DNA of 27,244 nucleotides from Methanotrichaceae archaeon (GCA_963803145.1 CAWDLW010000014.1:1-27244); one strand, 5' to 3'. Shown: positions 17,010 through 26,854, counted from the stretch's first letter. Notes: generated by a model not told the origin, from the sequence alone. Numbers and translations are program-made.

Positions 17010-17351
17010 TCACCCTCTCGGCCAATACATAATGACCACCACACCTATCAAAGCAATGAGACCCCCTATTATATCAAGCCTGTCGGGCGCTACCTTATCA
17101 ATCTGCCAGCCCCACAGAATTGAAAGAACTATGAAAACCCCGCCATAAGCGGCATAGACCCTGCCGAAGTTAGAAGGCTGAAATGTTGGTATTATCCCAT
17201 AAATGATCAGCGTAAATGCACCAAATAGGCCGAAGAGGATCCCTCTGTCATCCCGGATCCATAACCACATCAGGTATCCTCCACCAATCTCACAAAGTCC
17301 GGCCAGGACAAAGAAGAACAAGGATCTTGCTATATCCATCGTTTGCAACAT
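17010..17351 (-). CDS. ynfA: YnfA (UPF0060) small membrane protein
   Basis: AGLCEIGGGYLMW, FGRVYAAYGGVFI, PDRLD. Confidence 0.92.
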   Translation of the reverse strand: MLQTMDIARSLFFFVLAGLCEIGGGYLMWLWIRDDRGILFGLFGAFTLIIYGIIPTFQPSNFGRVYAAYGGVFIVLSILWGWQIDKVAPDRLDIIGGLIALIGVVVIMYWPRG

Positions 17352-17482
17352 GAGGCAATCAACCTTATTCTCTATTCTATGACAACCTCACTGATAAAGG
17401 CACGATCGCCTTAGGGATGCTGTGGCCGCTTTCGAAAGTACATTTGCATAAGCCGATCTTTCCTGGAACTCCATTACCCGTT

Positions 17483-18067
17483 CTAATCGATTTTAACTGA
17501 GGCAGGCTTAAGCTTCGAACCACACTGATCGCAGTATTTCGCACCTGTCTTGGCAGTTTGGCCGCAATTGGGGCAGTTCGTCCCTTCTGTGGTAGCAGAT
17601 GAAGCAGTATCTGAAACAACCCTGTTAGGAGTGAGAGCGCCCGATGATTGGACTTGAATGCGAGTGGCTCTTGCAGATCCTTGCCTCTCTTTTAAGTATT
17701 GCTCTATAACCTCGAACACCTTATCAGGAAGCTGGCTCTGCTTCCATGCCCCGTAAGCCGCTGTAATCAGCAAAGGATGTATTATAAATGCGCCAACCGC
17801 CCCCACAGCTATCTTATCTGCCCACTTTCCCGCGTCAGTCTCCACTATCAGATCGCTACCCCTTGTGGTGAACGTAATATTCAGCGCACTTGACATGCCA
17901 AGTATGGAGCGCCACGATTCCGGCTGGCGCGCCTGGACTGCTACTCTCCCGTCTGGAAGACCCACGATCTGCGACTCGAAGTCGTGGATCTTAAGCCAGC
18001 TTGATACCATATTTGCCAGATCCTTTTGATCTACGCCGGTTGCGTAAAACGTCCTCGTCTCAACCAT
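17483..18067 (-). CDS. Membrane-associated protein with C-terminal zinc ribbon
   Basis: CPNCG...AKYCDQCG; central hydrophobic segment; ATG at 18067 with AGGTG RBS. Confidence 0.8.
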   Translation of the reverse strand: MVETRTFYATGVDQKDLANMVSSWLKIHDFESQIVGLPDGRVAVQARQPESWRSILGMSSALNITFTTRGSDLIVETDAGKWADKIAVGAVGAFIIHPLLITAAYGAWKQSQLPDKVFEVIEQYLKERQGSARATRIQVQSSGALTPNRVVSDTASSATTEGTNCPNCGQTAKTGAKYCDQCGSKLKPASVKID

Positions 18068-18169
18068 AGATTGAACACACCTATTTTTCTGTAGTACACT
18101 ACTAAGCGGCCCAACCAAAAATAGATTTGGATAGATATGTATATATCGCCGCGGGAGAAAAGTGCATCA

Positions 18170-18586
18170 ATGGTTTCGCTAATAAAGTTGGTTAAAGGTA
18201 TAGTTTTCACAGCGCTTCTCAGCAAGACGGTAAGGGGGACACTCACGTCTACACTGATGAAATCATTGGGCAGGATCTTGCGACCATCAACGATTTTAAC
18301 AGTAGGTGCATTTATCGCTGCTCTTTTAAACAAGAGTAAGAGTGCCGATCAGCCTGCCGATAGGCCAAAAAACTCTCAAACATTGCTCGAGAGTACACTA
18401 GCTTCTATGCTTCTGAAGGCAACAAAGGGAAGTGGAGTTACATTTACTGAAGCAGAGGCAGCCTCAACCATTAATACAATCCTGTCCACATTAATGAGGT
18501 CAATAGAAGGATTTTCATTGGAAGGTCGTCAGGATAACAAGAACAGGATCATAGAGAGCAACGATTACAAAATCGTTTGCGACTGA
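18170..18586 (+). CDS. Hypothetical protein
   Basis: ORF from ATG 18170 (alternative 18137); Thr/Leu/Ser-rich amphipathic segments. Confidence 0.55.
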   Translation: MVSLIKLVKGIVFTALLSKTVRGTLTSTLMKSLGRILRPSTILTVGAFIAALLNKSKSADQPADRPKNSQTLLESTLASMLLKATKGSGVTFTEAEAASTINTILSTLMRSIEGFSLEGRQDNKNRIIESNDYKIVCD

Positions 18587-18657
18587 TGGTTAAGCATTAA
18601 GTAAATAGCTGCTTAATACATTAGCGTAGCCCATTTCTATTTCTTTATTCTCTAAGC

Positions 18658-19227
18658 TCATGAACCTGGTTGTTTTATGATGTGGATTGTCTTGAACATA
18701 CTTGATGTGCCGTTCTCCCAGGGATAGGTAGAGGCTATTAAGCATTCGACTTTCCCAGATCCCTTGATATCGTCTAGCATGTATTGTGCAACATACCCCT
18801 GGGTGCTATTCTGGCACTCGCTGCTGGTAGTAAGATAGCCCTGATGCCCGTCTATAACGCGCTTTGTTGTCGCAACTTCCTTGCACCCGCCGTTATCAGA
18901 TAACAGTCTCTTTGTCATGCTATCTTCAGATCCGAGGTTAATCAGGCCCTTATACTGCATAATGACGACAGTTATGAGGCTGTGAGGTGGCTCGACCTGC
19001 AATACCTGTGCGCCATAGCCGGTATAAAGAATTCCATTGAATGTTGCAGAATAAATCGGCTTTGCGACAACGACCTTCGGTTCATCCCTTGTGTTGAGAT
19101 CGAAGCTCACCTTATACGATCCCAGAGTGAAGCTCACCGGCTCTGCTGCAACAGACATGATCTGGGCTATCAAGATAAATGCCAGAAAGACTGCGATCAG
19201 GGTTTTATGCCTTTTATCGTTTATCAT
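18658..19227 (-). CDS. Secreted hypothetical protein
   Basis: Signal peptide ending VAA|EPVSFTLGSYKVSFDLNT; beta-rich. Confidence 0.75.
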   Translation of the reverse strand: MINDKRHKTLIAVFLAFILIAQIMSVAAEPVSFTLGSYKVSFDLNTRDEPKVVVAKPIYSATFNGILYTGYGAQVLQVEPPHSLITVVIMQYKGLINLGSEDSMTKRLLSDNGGCKEVATTKRVIDGHQGYLTTSSECQNSTQGYVAQYMLDDIKGSGKVECLIASTYPWENGTSSMFKTIHIIKQPGS

Positions 19228-19507
19228 TTCTCCGCCACCAGCCTCGCTTACAATACCTCAAATATAGCCCCAGCGCCACGACAAGAGTAAAAAAGGATAC
19301 CGCATTCGAGATTATCAGGCTCTTATCGTGGAGATGCACGCCGTAGAGCAACCAGAGAAAGATGCCTACAATGAACTGGATAATCATGGGCAGGCTGACA
19401 TCGGCCACCGATTCAGTGCGGTAGATCTTGAGGATCTGAGGCACAAAACCGAACATTGTCAGGAAACCTGCTGCAAGCCCGACCTGCTCCCACTCGATCT
19501 GCATCAC
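19214..19507 (-). CDS. SemiSWEET/MtN3 (PQ-loop) transporter
   Basis: GFVPQILKIYRT...DVSL...GIFLWLLYG...IISN; three TM helices. Confidence 0.9.
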   Translation of the reverse strand: MMQIEWEQVGLAAGFLTMFGFVPQILKIYRTESVADVSLPMIIQFIVGIFLWLLYGVHLHDKSLIISNAVSFFTLVVALGLYLRYCKRGWWRRNDKR

Positions 19508-19681
19508 CCGTAGAGTTTATGAGGATATATTTGAGATGATCGCAAAAGCGATTCAGTCCTAATGGATCCAGTCCTAATGGACTCTGTAAATGAGGTAGAA
19601 AGACAAAGAAGCCGATGAGATACATACCTGAGGTAATTTCATTTAAAATTTGGGGTTAAGCATAAATGAATTTAAGCGGGT

Positions 19682-20173
19682 TTATATCCCGCCTAAATTG
19701 TCACCAGCGCCACTGGTATATGTTGGGAGGTTATTCGGAACATGTCCTGTCATTGCAATATAGGAATCCAGATCATATCCGTAGTAATTGCCCTGGCGTT
19801 CAAGGTCAGGGTTATACGCCCTGCTTTGGTTGAAGCTGCTATCTATAGCATGAATGGGCTTAAATGAATAATTCTGAGCGCTATTGCCAATACTCTGGGC
19901 GGCAGGGCCATACGACTGCAGCCAGAACATATTAATGGCCGTCTGGTTATTTCCGAAGATGGAGACCAATTCCTGGTTAAAACTATTAACCAGATTGTTG
20001 TAATTTTGAGCGGATGCTGGATCGTAGGGAGCTGCGCCAAGCAGTCTGCCCATCGCCAATCCTGCCTTCATTCCTTCCACCACGCCAGTTTGATAATCCG
20101 TCAGCGAGGCCATAACCGGCATAGCTACCAGCGATAGCAAAGCAATAGCTACTAATACATTTATGAATTTCAT
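19682..20173 (-). CDS. Secreted hypothetical protein
   Basis: Signal peptide MKFINVLVAIALLSLVAMPVMA; GGAGG RBS. Confidence 0.78.
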   Translation of the reverse strand: MKFINVLVAIALLSLVAMPVMASLTDYQTGVVEGMKAGLAMGRLLGAAPYDPASAQNYNNLVNSFNQELVSIFGNNQTAINMFWLQSYGPAAQSIGNSAQNYSFKPIHAIDSSFNQSRAYNPDLERQGNYYGYDLDSYIAMTGHVPNNLPTYTSGAGDNLGGI

Positions 20174-20222
20174 TATTTAAACCTCCATAAGTTCCTTAAG
20201 TTATTCTTATTTGATCAAGCCT

Positions 20223-20633
20223 CTAAGCCAATAGATCATTTGAACCGAAGATCGGCAGGGAGTTAGATCCGTATTCCGGCTCTGCAAAGAGCGTCTGGTT
20301 ATTGTAAACCAGCTCTCCTGTATATGGATCGATGTAAGTATCTCCGATCAAATTGGCAGTGTCGTTTGCCGCCGGAATTGTGCCGTTTGTTATAGGCATG
20401 AGCTCGCCGTTCACCAGCGTTTTGCCCTTGGGCAATCCGCCCCAGCTCCAGAGATCGCTACTTTTATTCTCGGCAGGCTTTGAGTTCTGTGAAAGGGAGA
20501 CGTTTAGCCAGGAGCGTGCAAAATCACCGCTCACACTCTGGAACTCGGCTGTGGGCTGAGCATAGCATGCGACCAATAAAAAACCGTACGCTAATGCTAA
20601 GATTATGAATCTATATCTCATCAAACACCCCAC
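20223..20633 (-). CDS. Secreted hypothetical protein
   Basis: Signal peptide, SVSGDFARSWL and LWSWGGLPKG motifs; start 20633 or 20621. Confidence 0.72.
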   Translation of the reverse strand: MGCLMRYRFIILALAYGFLLVACYAQPTAEFQSVSGDFARSWLNVSLSQNSKPAENKSSDLWSWGGLPKGKTLVNGELMPITNGTIPAANDTANLIGDTYIDPYTGELVYNNQTLFAEPEYGSNSLPIFGSNDLLA

Positions 20634-20689
20634 CCATTCGATGGTAATGATCCAAGCGATAAAAATCTTTCGCGTCTATTCGACCCGGT

Positions 20690-21205
20690 CTACTGAATCT
20701 TCCTTGCTGCCACCTCAATGGCCCTGATGACGCTATCCTTAGGTATTATTGTGGCCACGGGAATTGATAGAATCTTTTCCACAGTTGGGCTGACTATGGG
20801 GGCACATACTAAAGCAGAAGCCCCGTCACGCTCAGCACGGATGGCTGCGATTATTGCTTCCTCGATGGTAGTCGCAGAGTATTCCCTTAACGTCAGCATT
20901 TTATCTCCGATCTTCGTCTTCTTCTCGCTGATCTTATCAAGCACAGGTCTCGCGGCGATGATGGCTATGAAATTTCCCTCTGCGCCTTCAAGCTGCCTCA
21001 CAGTCTTCACTATCTGACGCATCGTGGTTATGTTCGGCTCTCTGTGGCCTGATAGAATCTTGTAAAGCGTGCTCTGGGGTATCCCTGAAGTTTTGCTGAA
21101 CTCACGGGCGCTCAGCCCAAGCTCTGAAAGAACCTCCTTCAGCACATCCCTCAGGGTCTCATCGGATTGGAATGCTGCCCTCATGACCCTATCAGCATTT
21201 AGCAT
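20690..21205 (-). CDS. XRE-type HTH transcriptional regulator with C-terminal effector-like domain
   Basis: LSAREFSKTSGIPQSTLYKILSGHREPN; divergent from cysteate synthase. Confidence 0.88.
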   Translation of the reverse strand: MLNADRVMRAAFQSDETLRDVLKEVLSELGLSAREFSKTSGIPQSTLYKILSGHREPNITTMRQIVKTVRQLEGAEGNFIAIIAARPVLDKISEKKTKIGDKMLTLREYSATTIEEAIIAAIRAERDGASALVCAPIVSPTVEKILSIPVATIIPKDSVIRAIEVAARKIQ

Positions 21206-21392
21206 AATTGTGATGATAACTCCTATGTATTTCTACTTTTGGGAGAGAATCTTTGCTAGAATAAATATCTGATATCCTCATTCGGCCTTAAGACTGGCCG
21301 AAAGTATTTTCCATTGGATTTCTTTGTACAATCAGGATAAGAATTTGCTACAAACAGAAAATGTTATATCTTTCCCTTTTGAGGTTAATATC

Positions 21393-22631
21393 ATGGGCGA
21401 GTACGTAGTCAGATGTGTAGGTTGTGGTGCCGTTCAGCCAGATTATGCTCTGACCTGCAACTGCCCAAACGGCAGCTCCCTTTTGCGCGCATATTACGCT
21501 TCTAAGAGGCTCATTCTGCAAGATCTCCCGGGAATCTGGAAATTCTATGAATGGCTCCCAGTCAGAGGCATATCCAAAGCAGGCGAGGGCTCTGTAACTT
21601 ATAAAAGCGATGGATTGGCCAAGGAGCTGGGTTTGAAAAATCTCTACATTAGCTTCAGCGGCTATTGGCCTGAGAGAAATGCGTTTATGAAGACCTGCAG
21701 CTTCAAAGATCTTGAAGCTCCGCCAACGATGCAGAGAATAGCGGAGCTTGGAGATAGCGCAACACTAGTTGTTGCATCTGCAGGGAACACCGCTCGAGCA
21801 TTTGCCAACGTTTCATCCATAACAGGCCAACCGCTTATGCTGTTCGTACCTGAAAATGCTCTGCACAGGATGTGGCTGACAACCGAAAAAGGACCTATAA
21901 CCCTCATAGCGGTTAAAGGAGATTACTACGATGCAATATTAGCAGCTGAGAAGGTACAATCGCAGAAGGGCTTCATGCCTGAGGGCGGAGCAAGAAATAT
22001 CGCCCGCAGAGATGGCATGGGAACTGTCATGCTTGAGGCTGCTCTGAAGATAGGGGAGATCCCACAGCATTATTTCCAGGCTGTAGGAAGCGGAACCGGC
22101 GGAATCTCCGCCTGGGAGGCGAGCCTGAGGCTCATCGATGATGGGAGATTCGGCCAGAGGCTCCCGAAGCTTCACCTTGCCCAGAATGTGCCTAACGCGC
22201 CCATCTATTATGCATGGACCGGCAAAGGGGCCGGGCTAAACCAGCAGGTATGCCCTGCTGATATGTATGACGATGTACTCTTCAACCGCAGGCCACCGTA
22301 TAGTGTCAGGGGCGGTGTGAAGGATGCCCTGGATGCGACATTTGGCCAGGTCTACGGGGTTACAAATAAGAATGCCGATGATGCAAAGCGGCTTTTTGAG
22401 GAGTCTGAAGGAATAGATATCCTGAATGCATCCGCTGTGGCTGTGGCTGCACTGATTCAGGCCGTAAAATCGGAATCGGTAACTGTTGGGACTAATGAGA
22501 CCATACTTCTCAATATTACAGGTGGAGGAGTTTCAAGGCTCAAGGAGGACTTCGCCATAAACCTTCTCGAGCCCGATGCTACGATATCCGGACCAGAGGA
22601 AGCTATTGAACTTATAGAAGGCAGACGATGA
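21393..22631 (+). CDS. Cysteate synthase (PLP, threonine synthase-like; coenzyme M biosynthesis)
   Basis: [17 protein letters not shown] (PLP Lys), [41 protein letters not shown]; ATG 21393 with GAGGT RBS. Confidence 0.9.
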   Translation: MGEYVVRCVGCGAVQPDYALTCNCPNGSSLLRAYYASKRLILQDLPGIWKFYEWLPVRGISKAGEGSVTYKSDGLAKELGLKNLYISFSGYWPERNAFMKTCSFKDLEAPPTMQRIAELGDSATLVVASAGNTARAFANVSSITGQPLMLFVPENALHRMWLTTEKGPITLIAVKGDYYDAILAAEKVQSQKGFMPEGGARNIARRDGMGTVMLEAALKIGEIPQHYFQAVGSGTGGISAWEASLRLIDDGRFGQRLPKLHLAQNVPNAPIYYAWTGKGAGLNQQVCPADMYDDVLFNRRPPYSVRGGVKDALDATFGQVYGVTNKNADDAKRLFEESEGIDILNASAVAVAALIQAVKSESVTVGTNETILLNITGGGVSRLKEDFAINLLEPDATISGPEEAIELIEGRR

Positions 22632-23377
22632 TACTGAAATTAACTATCATAGGCGGAATAGATAAAGACGGGAAGCCTGACGAGATAAATGAGATAGAGA
22701 TCGAGCCCGGCGAGATCATAGGGATAGTGGGGCCAACTGGCTCTGGCAAGAGCACGCTCATAGGCGATATAGAGCAGCTTGCTCAGGGAGACACGCCCTC
22801 TGGACGAAAGGTCCTGATCAATGGTGCCAAGCCCGATCCACAGCTTCGAACAGATCCAAGGAAGAAGTTGGTCGCTCAGGTATCCCAGAATATGCACTTT
22901 CTGGCAGATATGTCAGTTGATGATTTTCTGAGAATGCACGCAAAGAGCCGCGGAAAGGATCCGGCCCTTGCAGAAAATGTGATCGAGCTTGCAAACACAT
23001 TAACCGGCGAACCGGTGGACCCGAAGCATCCGCTCACTATTCTGAGTGGAGGGCAATCCAGGGCTTTGATGACCGCAGATATTGCAATTATAAGCGACTC
23101 ACCAATCGTCCTCATAGATGAGATAGAGAATGCCGGGATCAAGAAGCAGGAGGCATTGAAGCTTCTTGCTGGAGAGGGCAAGATCGTAATAGTAGTAACT
23201 CACGATCCCATGCTCGCATTGATGGCATCACGCCGAATAGTGATGAAAAACGGAGGCATGATAAAGGTAATCAGCACCAGTAGCGGAGAGCGCAAGGTCT
23301 TCCAGGACATTGAGCGCGTGGACGGCTGGCTATCCTCGCTCCGTGAGACCATCAGGCAGGGCGAGGTAGTGGCTTAA
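22628..23377 (+). CDS. ABC-type ATPase with no permease partner in the operon
   Basis: [22 protein letters not shown]; ATGA overlap with cysteate synthase. Confidence 0.9.
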   Translation: MILKLTIIGGIDKDGKPDEINEIEIEPGEIIGIVGPTGSGKSTLIGDIEQLAQGDTPSGRKVLINGAKPDPQLRTDPRKKLVAQVSQNMHFLADMSVDDFLRMHAKSRGKDPALAENVIELANTLTGEPVDPKHPLTILSGGQSRALMTADIAIISDSPIVLIDEIENAGIKKQEALKLLAGEGKIVIVVTHDPMLALMASRRIVMKNGGMIKVISTSSGERKVFQDIERVDGWLSSLRETIRQGEVVA

Positions 23378-23389
23378 AGGGGTAGTGTC

Positions 23390-24088
23390 TTGAAGCTCGT
23401 CGTAGTCGCAGGCACGCCCGGATCTGGAAAGACCTCTGTACTAATGCATGCAATCGGGGACCTCAAGAAATCTGGCCTCCGCCCTGCGCTGGTCAAGATA
23501 GACTGCATGTGGACAGAGGACGATCAAAGGTTCAAGCGCTTTGATGTGCCCGTTGCAGTCGGCCTATCAAAGGATATGTGCCCAGATCATTACGCTATCT
23601 ACAACATAGATGAGATGCTTGAATGGGCCAAAGACCAAGGCGCGGAGATTCTGCTAAACGAAACCGCAGGCCTTTGCCTGCGCTGTGCTCCTTACCCCGA
23701 TCAGGCCCTGGCAGTCTGCGTAATCGATGTCACAACAGGGCCGAATACTCCTTTGAAGGTAGGGCCGCTCCTGACAACTGCCGATGTTGTGGTAATGACA
23801 AAAGGCGATCTCGTCTCCCAGGCTGAGCGTGAGGTGTTCAGGGAGCGCGTCCTCGAAGCAAATCCCGACTGCAGAATTATCGAGGCAAACGGCCTGACCG
23901 GCAAGGGCTCATCTGAGCTTGTTGAGCTGATCAGGAGCTGGCCTGAAATTTCGGGCGAGATGGTCCTGAGACATAACCCGCCTCTGGCGATATGCACTCT
24001 CTGCACCGGAGAGCTGAGAACCTCAAAGGAGCATCACAGAGGAGTTCTGCGGCACCTGGATGGCTTCATGGAATATTCTGGAGAATAA
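23390..24088 (+). CDS. HypB/UreG-like (G3E) GTPase, Cys-rich
   Basis: [32 protein letters not shown]; TTG start. Confidence 0.88.
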   Translation: MKLVVVAGTPGSGKTSVLMHAIGDLKKSGLRPALVKIDCMWTEDDQRFKRFDVPVAVGLSKDMCPDHYAIYNIDEMLEWAKDQGAEILLNETAGLCLRCAPYPDQALAVCVIDVTTGPNTPLKVGPLLTTADVVVMTKGDLVSQAEREVFRERVLEANPDCRIIEANGLTGKGSSELVELIRSWPEISGEMVLRHNPPLAICTLCTGELRTSKEHHRGVLRHLDGFMEYSGE

Positions 24089-24111
24089 TCTGCTTTTTGG
24101 AGAATAGGCGA

Positions 24112-24750
24112 TTGAGCGTAAAAGAGATTGAGAGACTTTTGCCCGGCTATAACTGCGGCGAATGCGGACTAAGAAGCTGCCGGGAGTTTGCTGATGCCCT
24201 TATTGATATCGAGGGCCTGAAGAGATGTCCTGTATTAAGTCAGGAGAAGTTTAAAGACAGATCCGAGCAAATAGCCCGACTTTTGTCCGTATCAGCATCA
24301 GAGAAGCGAGAGGAGATCATCGGAGTCATTGATGGCCTGAGAGCAGATTTCGCCCTGGCTCCGCTGCCGGGCGAGCCGTCCTGCCGTGAGTTCCTTCATC
24401 CCTTCAACCCAGATGCCCATCCGAAAGAAGGGGAAATACTGCGCTATAGGCCGTTAGGCTGCCCAGTAACTCACTTTGCCAAGATCCTGAAATACGAGCA
24501 GGGAATAGCCATGGTGCACCTTGTCGGCCCTGTGCACCTGCTGAACAATCAGCCGGCACCCAGAGATATTGGAATCTGTATGGTGGCGGCTTTCGAGGGA
24601 ACGATAAGCCGGGGACGAAGGCCTGAGGTGGGCGAGACTGTGCGCTTTTTGCCTGAGCACTGTATGATGCAAAAGGTGCACTCGGGCGTCGTGGTACACT
24701 CGGAGGGGAACAGAGTGAGGATTGAGGGGATTGATCTGAAGGTTTGGTAG
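24112..24750 (+). CDS. Fe-S cluster domain protein (RnfB/AcsC N-terminal-type FeS domain)
   Basis: LLPGYNCGECGLRSCREFA...CP; TTG at 24112 after GGAG RBS; extra Cys/His motifs GCPVTH and HCMMQKVH. Confidence 0.85.
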   Translation: MSVKEIERLLPGYNCGECGLRSCREFADALIDIEGLKRCPVLSQEKFKDRSEQIARLLSVSASEKREEIIGVIDGLRADFALAPLPGEPSCREFLHPFNPDAHPKEGEILRYRPLGCPVTHFAKILKYEQGIAMVHLVGPVHLLNNQPAPRDIGICMVAAFEGTISRGRRPEVGETVRFLPEHCMMQKVHSGVVVHSEGNRVRIEGIDLKVW

Positions 24751-25067
24751 CTGGATAGCGAAAGGCTATATAGCGATCTGAGATTTTCGGGCTTTCACTC
24801 GCTTGACGTTGTGTAGAAGTTATTTTCTGCGCAGATCAGGTGAGGGAAATGACAAGGGCAATGATTCGTGTAAACTAGAGCAAATCTCAGCTAAAGCAGG
24901 AATCAATCCAGTTTTTAGGAATTATGAAAATTACCCCAGACAAAAATAGTAAGTAATTTCTGGCAGCATTTTTCCACGTTTGCTATTCTTGATCAAGTGA
25001 TTCATGAAGATTATCTATCTTTTCTTCAAGTTCCTTATCATTTTCGACAAGACCTTCTATATAATTT

Positions 25068-26234
25068 TTAGTTCCCAAAAAGGTGTTTTGTGACAATGGT
25101 CGCATAGCTTCCTTTTGGTAAAGAGAAAGACACTTCAATCTCAAATTTTGATGACCTCTTTGTATCATCCAATTCATCCTTCACGGGATCGGAGATTAAA
25201 AAATTCTCTGGTATTACGATTATGGGGCGTGCATGCGATTTAAAGAAATTCCCCGTCTCTGACTCAATATTCAGATCGGCAAGTCTGATTCCTTGTCTCA
25301 CGAGAACAAAATCCATAATCCCCTTCTCAAAGTCCGAAAAGATTGCCGTATCACTCACTGTTCTAAATGTAGGAGGGATCTGCTGTTTTTCATTCTCTGA
25401 AAGATTTTCGTAGAAGGTCAGCGATCCTGCTGCATAATCTATCGGGTATAATTTTTTCTCATCGACACAGGTCTTCAATACCTCTTTGATGCATTCATTC
25501 CAAATATAGCTCTGATAGGCATTTACGAACATCTCTCTCAAGCTGGCCGGTATTTTTTTGTAAGCAGCAAGCCAGCTGTTTGTTTTTAAATATTCTTTTA
25601 TTATTATTGCAAAGACTTTGTCCCCAACGGCCACATTGCGTAAGTCATCCCATCGGACAAGGATCTTCCTTTTTTCGTCTTTAATCCTTCTTGGTTCTGA
25701 TTCGAAGTAAGCGGTGAGGTACAGTTTAACCGCTTGTTCGTAATCCTTCTTTATTACATGTTTTGCAATGAATTCCTTTTTGATAACACTGCCAAAGCGT
25801 TGGGAATCAAAATAATTCGGGACACCGGATCGGGAAATGGTCTTTGCTAACTCGAAAACATCATCCAACTCGCTATTTTTGACATCGTGAACAACAATCG
25901 TGAATTTGTTTCCCTTTAGATCACCAATTTTTATTTTCTTTTTGTGGTAACCTGCAAGCTGAATGTTCAACGCGCCAATCTCTGTATTCTGGACCTTATA
26001 ATGTGTTGGAATAGAAATGTATTGTCTGGTTAGAGCATGCTTGTCTTTTAGTCCTGCATACCCAATTTCAGATAGTGGGATATGGAGTTTTTTGGCTATA
26101 GAGTGAATTGCATTATATGTATCAATCTCCTTTTTTTCCAGGAGAAATATGGCCTGATCGTCTTTTTCCTGAGTGACTCTGATATTAGGGATTTCCTCGA
26201 CGATAAAATCCGTAGGGAATTGTTTCAATTTCAT
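25068..26234 (-). CDS. truD: tRNA pseudouridine(13) synthase TruD
   Basis: DFIVEE, YAGLKDKHALTRQ (catalytic Asp), GNKFTI, PNYFDSQRFG, FSLPKGSYAT; ATG at 26234. Confidence 0.93.
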   Translation of the reverse strand: MKLKQFPTDFIVEEIPNIRVTQEKDDQAIFLLEKKEIDTYNAIHSIAKKLHIPLSEIGYAGLKDKHALTRQYISIPTHYKVQNTEIGALNIQLAGYHKKKIKIGDLKGNKFTIVVHDVKNSELDDVFELAKTISRSGVPNYFDSQRFGSVIKKEFIAKHVIKKDYEQAVKLYLTAYFESEPRRIKDEKRKILVRWDDLRNVAVGDKVFAIIIKEYLKTNSWLAAYKKIPASLREMFVNAYQSYIWNECIKEVLKTCVDEKKLYPIDYAAGSLTFYENLSENEKQQIPPTFRTVSDTAIFSDFEKGIMDFVLVRQGIRLADLNIESETGNFFKSHARPIIVIPENFLISDPVKDELDDTKRSSKFEIEVSFSLPKGSYATIVTKHLFGN

Positions 26235-26369
26235 GGAAGATAAACAATAGGCCATTTATAAGCATAAAACCCTGTCCATAATAGGGGAGAGAGATAAGTG
26301 AGGAGAAAATGGTAGTTTTGGTAAGAGAGATCTTATTGGTTCTTTTAAGGCTCCATAATTCATAGGAAA

Positions 26370-26603
26370 TTAGGTTAAAGATTGCTTTTTCCTCTTTATA
26401 TAATAGTGAATGAAAATGACAATGATTGGAATTGATGTAACAAAATAGAATATCCATGTAGAAACTCCTGGGTGCATTAAAAGTAAAACAAGGGAAGTTA
26501 AAAACAAAATGATAGCAATTAACACAAAAATATTAAATTTAGTGAACTTTTTATTTTCCGAAACTTTTTTATTATCCGCGCCAACTACCGGTTTCGCTAC
26601 CAT
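26370..26603 (-). CDS. Small two-TM membrane protein
   Basis: Two hydrophobic helices with basic termini; GAGG RBS. Confidence 0.6.
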   Translation of the reverse strand: MVAKPVVGADNKKVSENKKFTKFNIFVLIAIILFLTSLVLLLMHPGVSTWIFYFVTSIPIIVIFIHYYIKRKKQSLT

Positions 26604-26809
26604 AATATCCTCTTTAAACTTCTAGCTATAATATTGCTTCCTTATATATCAAATTCTCTTTGAATCTTTTGGTTGCTTGGCTGTTTCAAGAACTATGCGA
26701 ATTTATTCCCCTCAGAGCCCATCCCCATGTATATCGATTAAGAAAATATGTCGAAAGGATAGCTAGGCCGAAAGACAGTGATTTGATATAAAGATATAAA
26801 GGATGTACG

Positions 26810-26826
26810 GGGGAGCTCAGCTCCCC
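26810..26826. terminator. GC-rich hairpin
   Basis: GGGGAGCT-C-AGCTCCCC, downstream of the minus-strand amidohydrolase relic and flanked by T-rich tracts. Confidence 0.5.
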
Positions 26827-26854
26827 GCACATTAAGCAAAAAAATCACTGCTTA

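Noticed and set aside
19206-19231. NDKR encoded in two overlapping frames at the SemiSWEET/next-gene overlap
   Set aside because: Explained by a 7-nt local duplication; no evidence of recoding.
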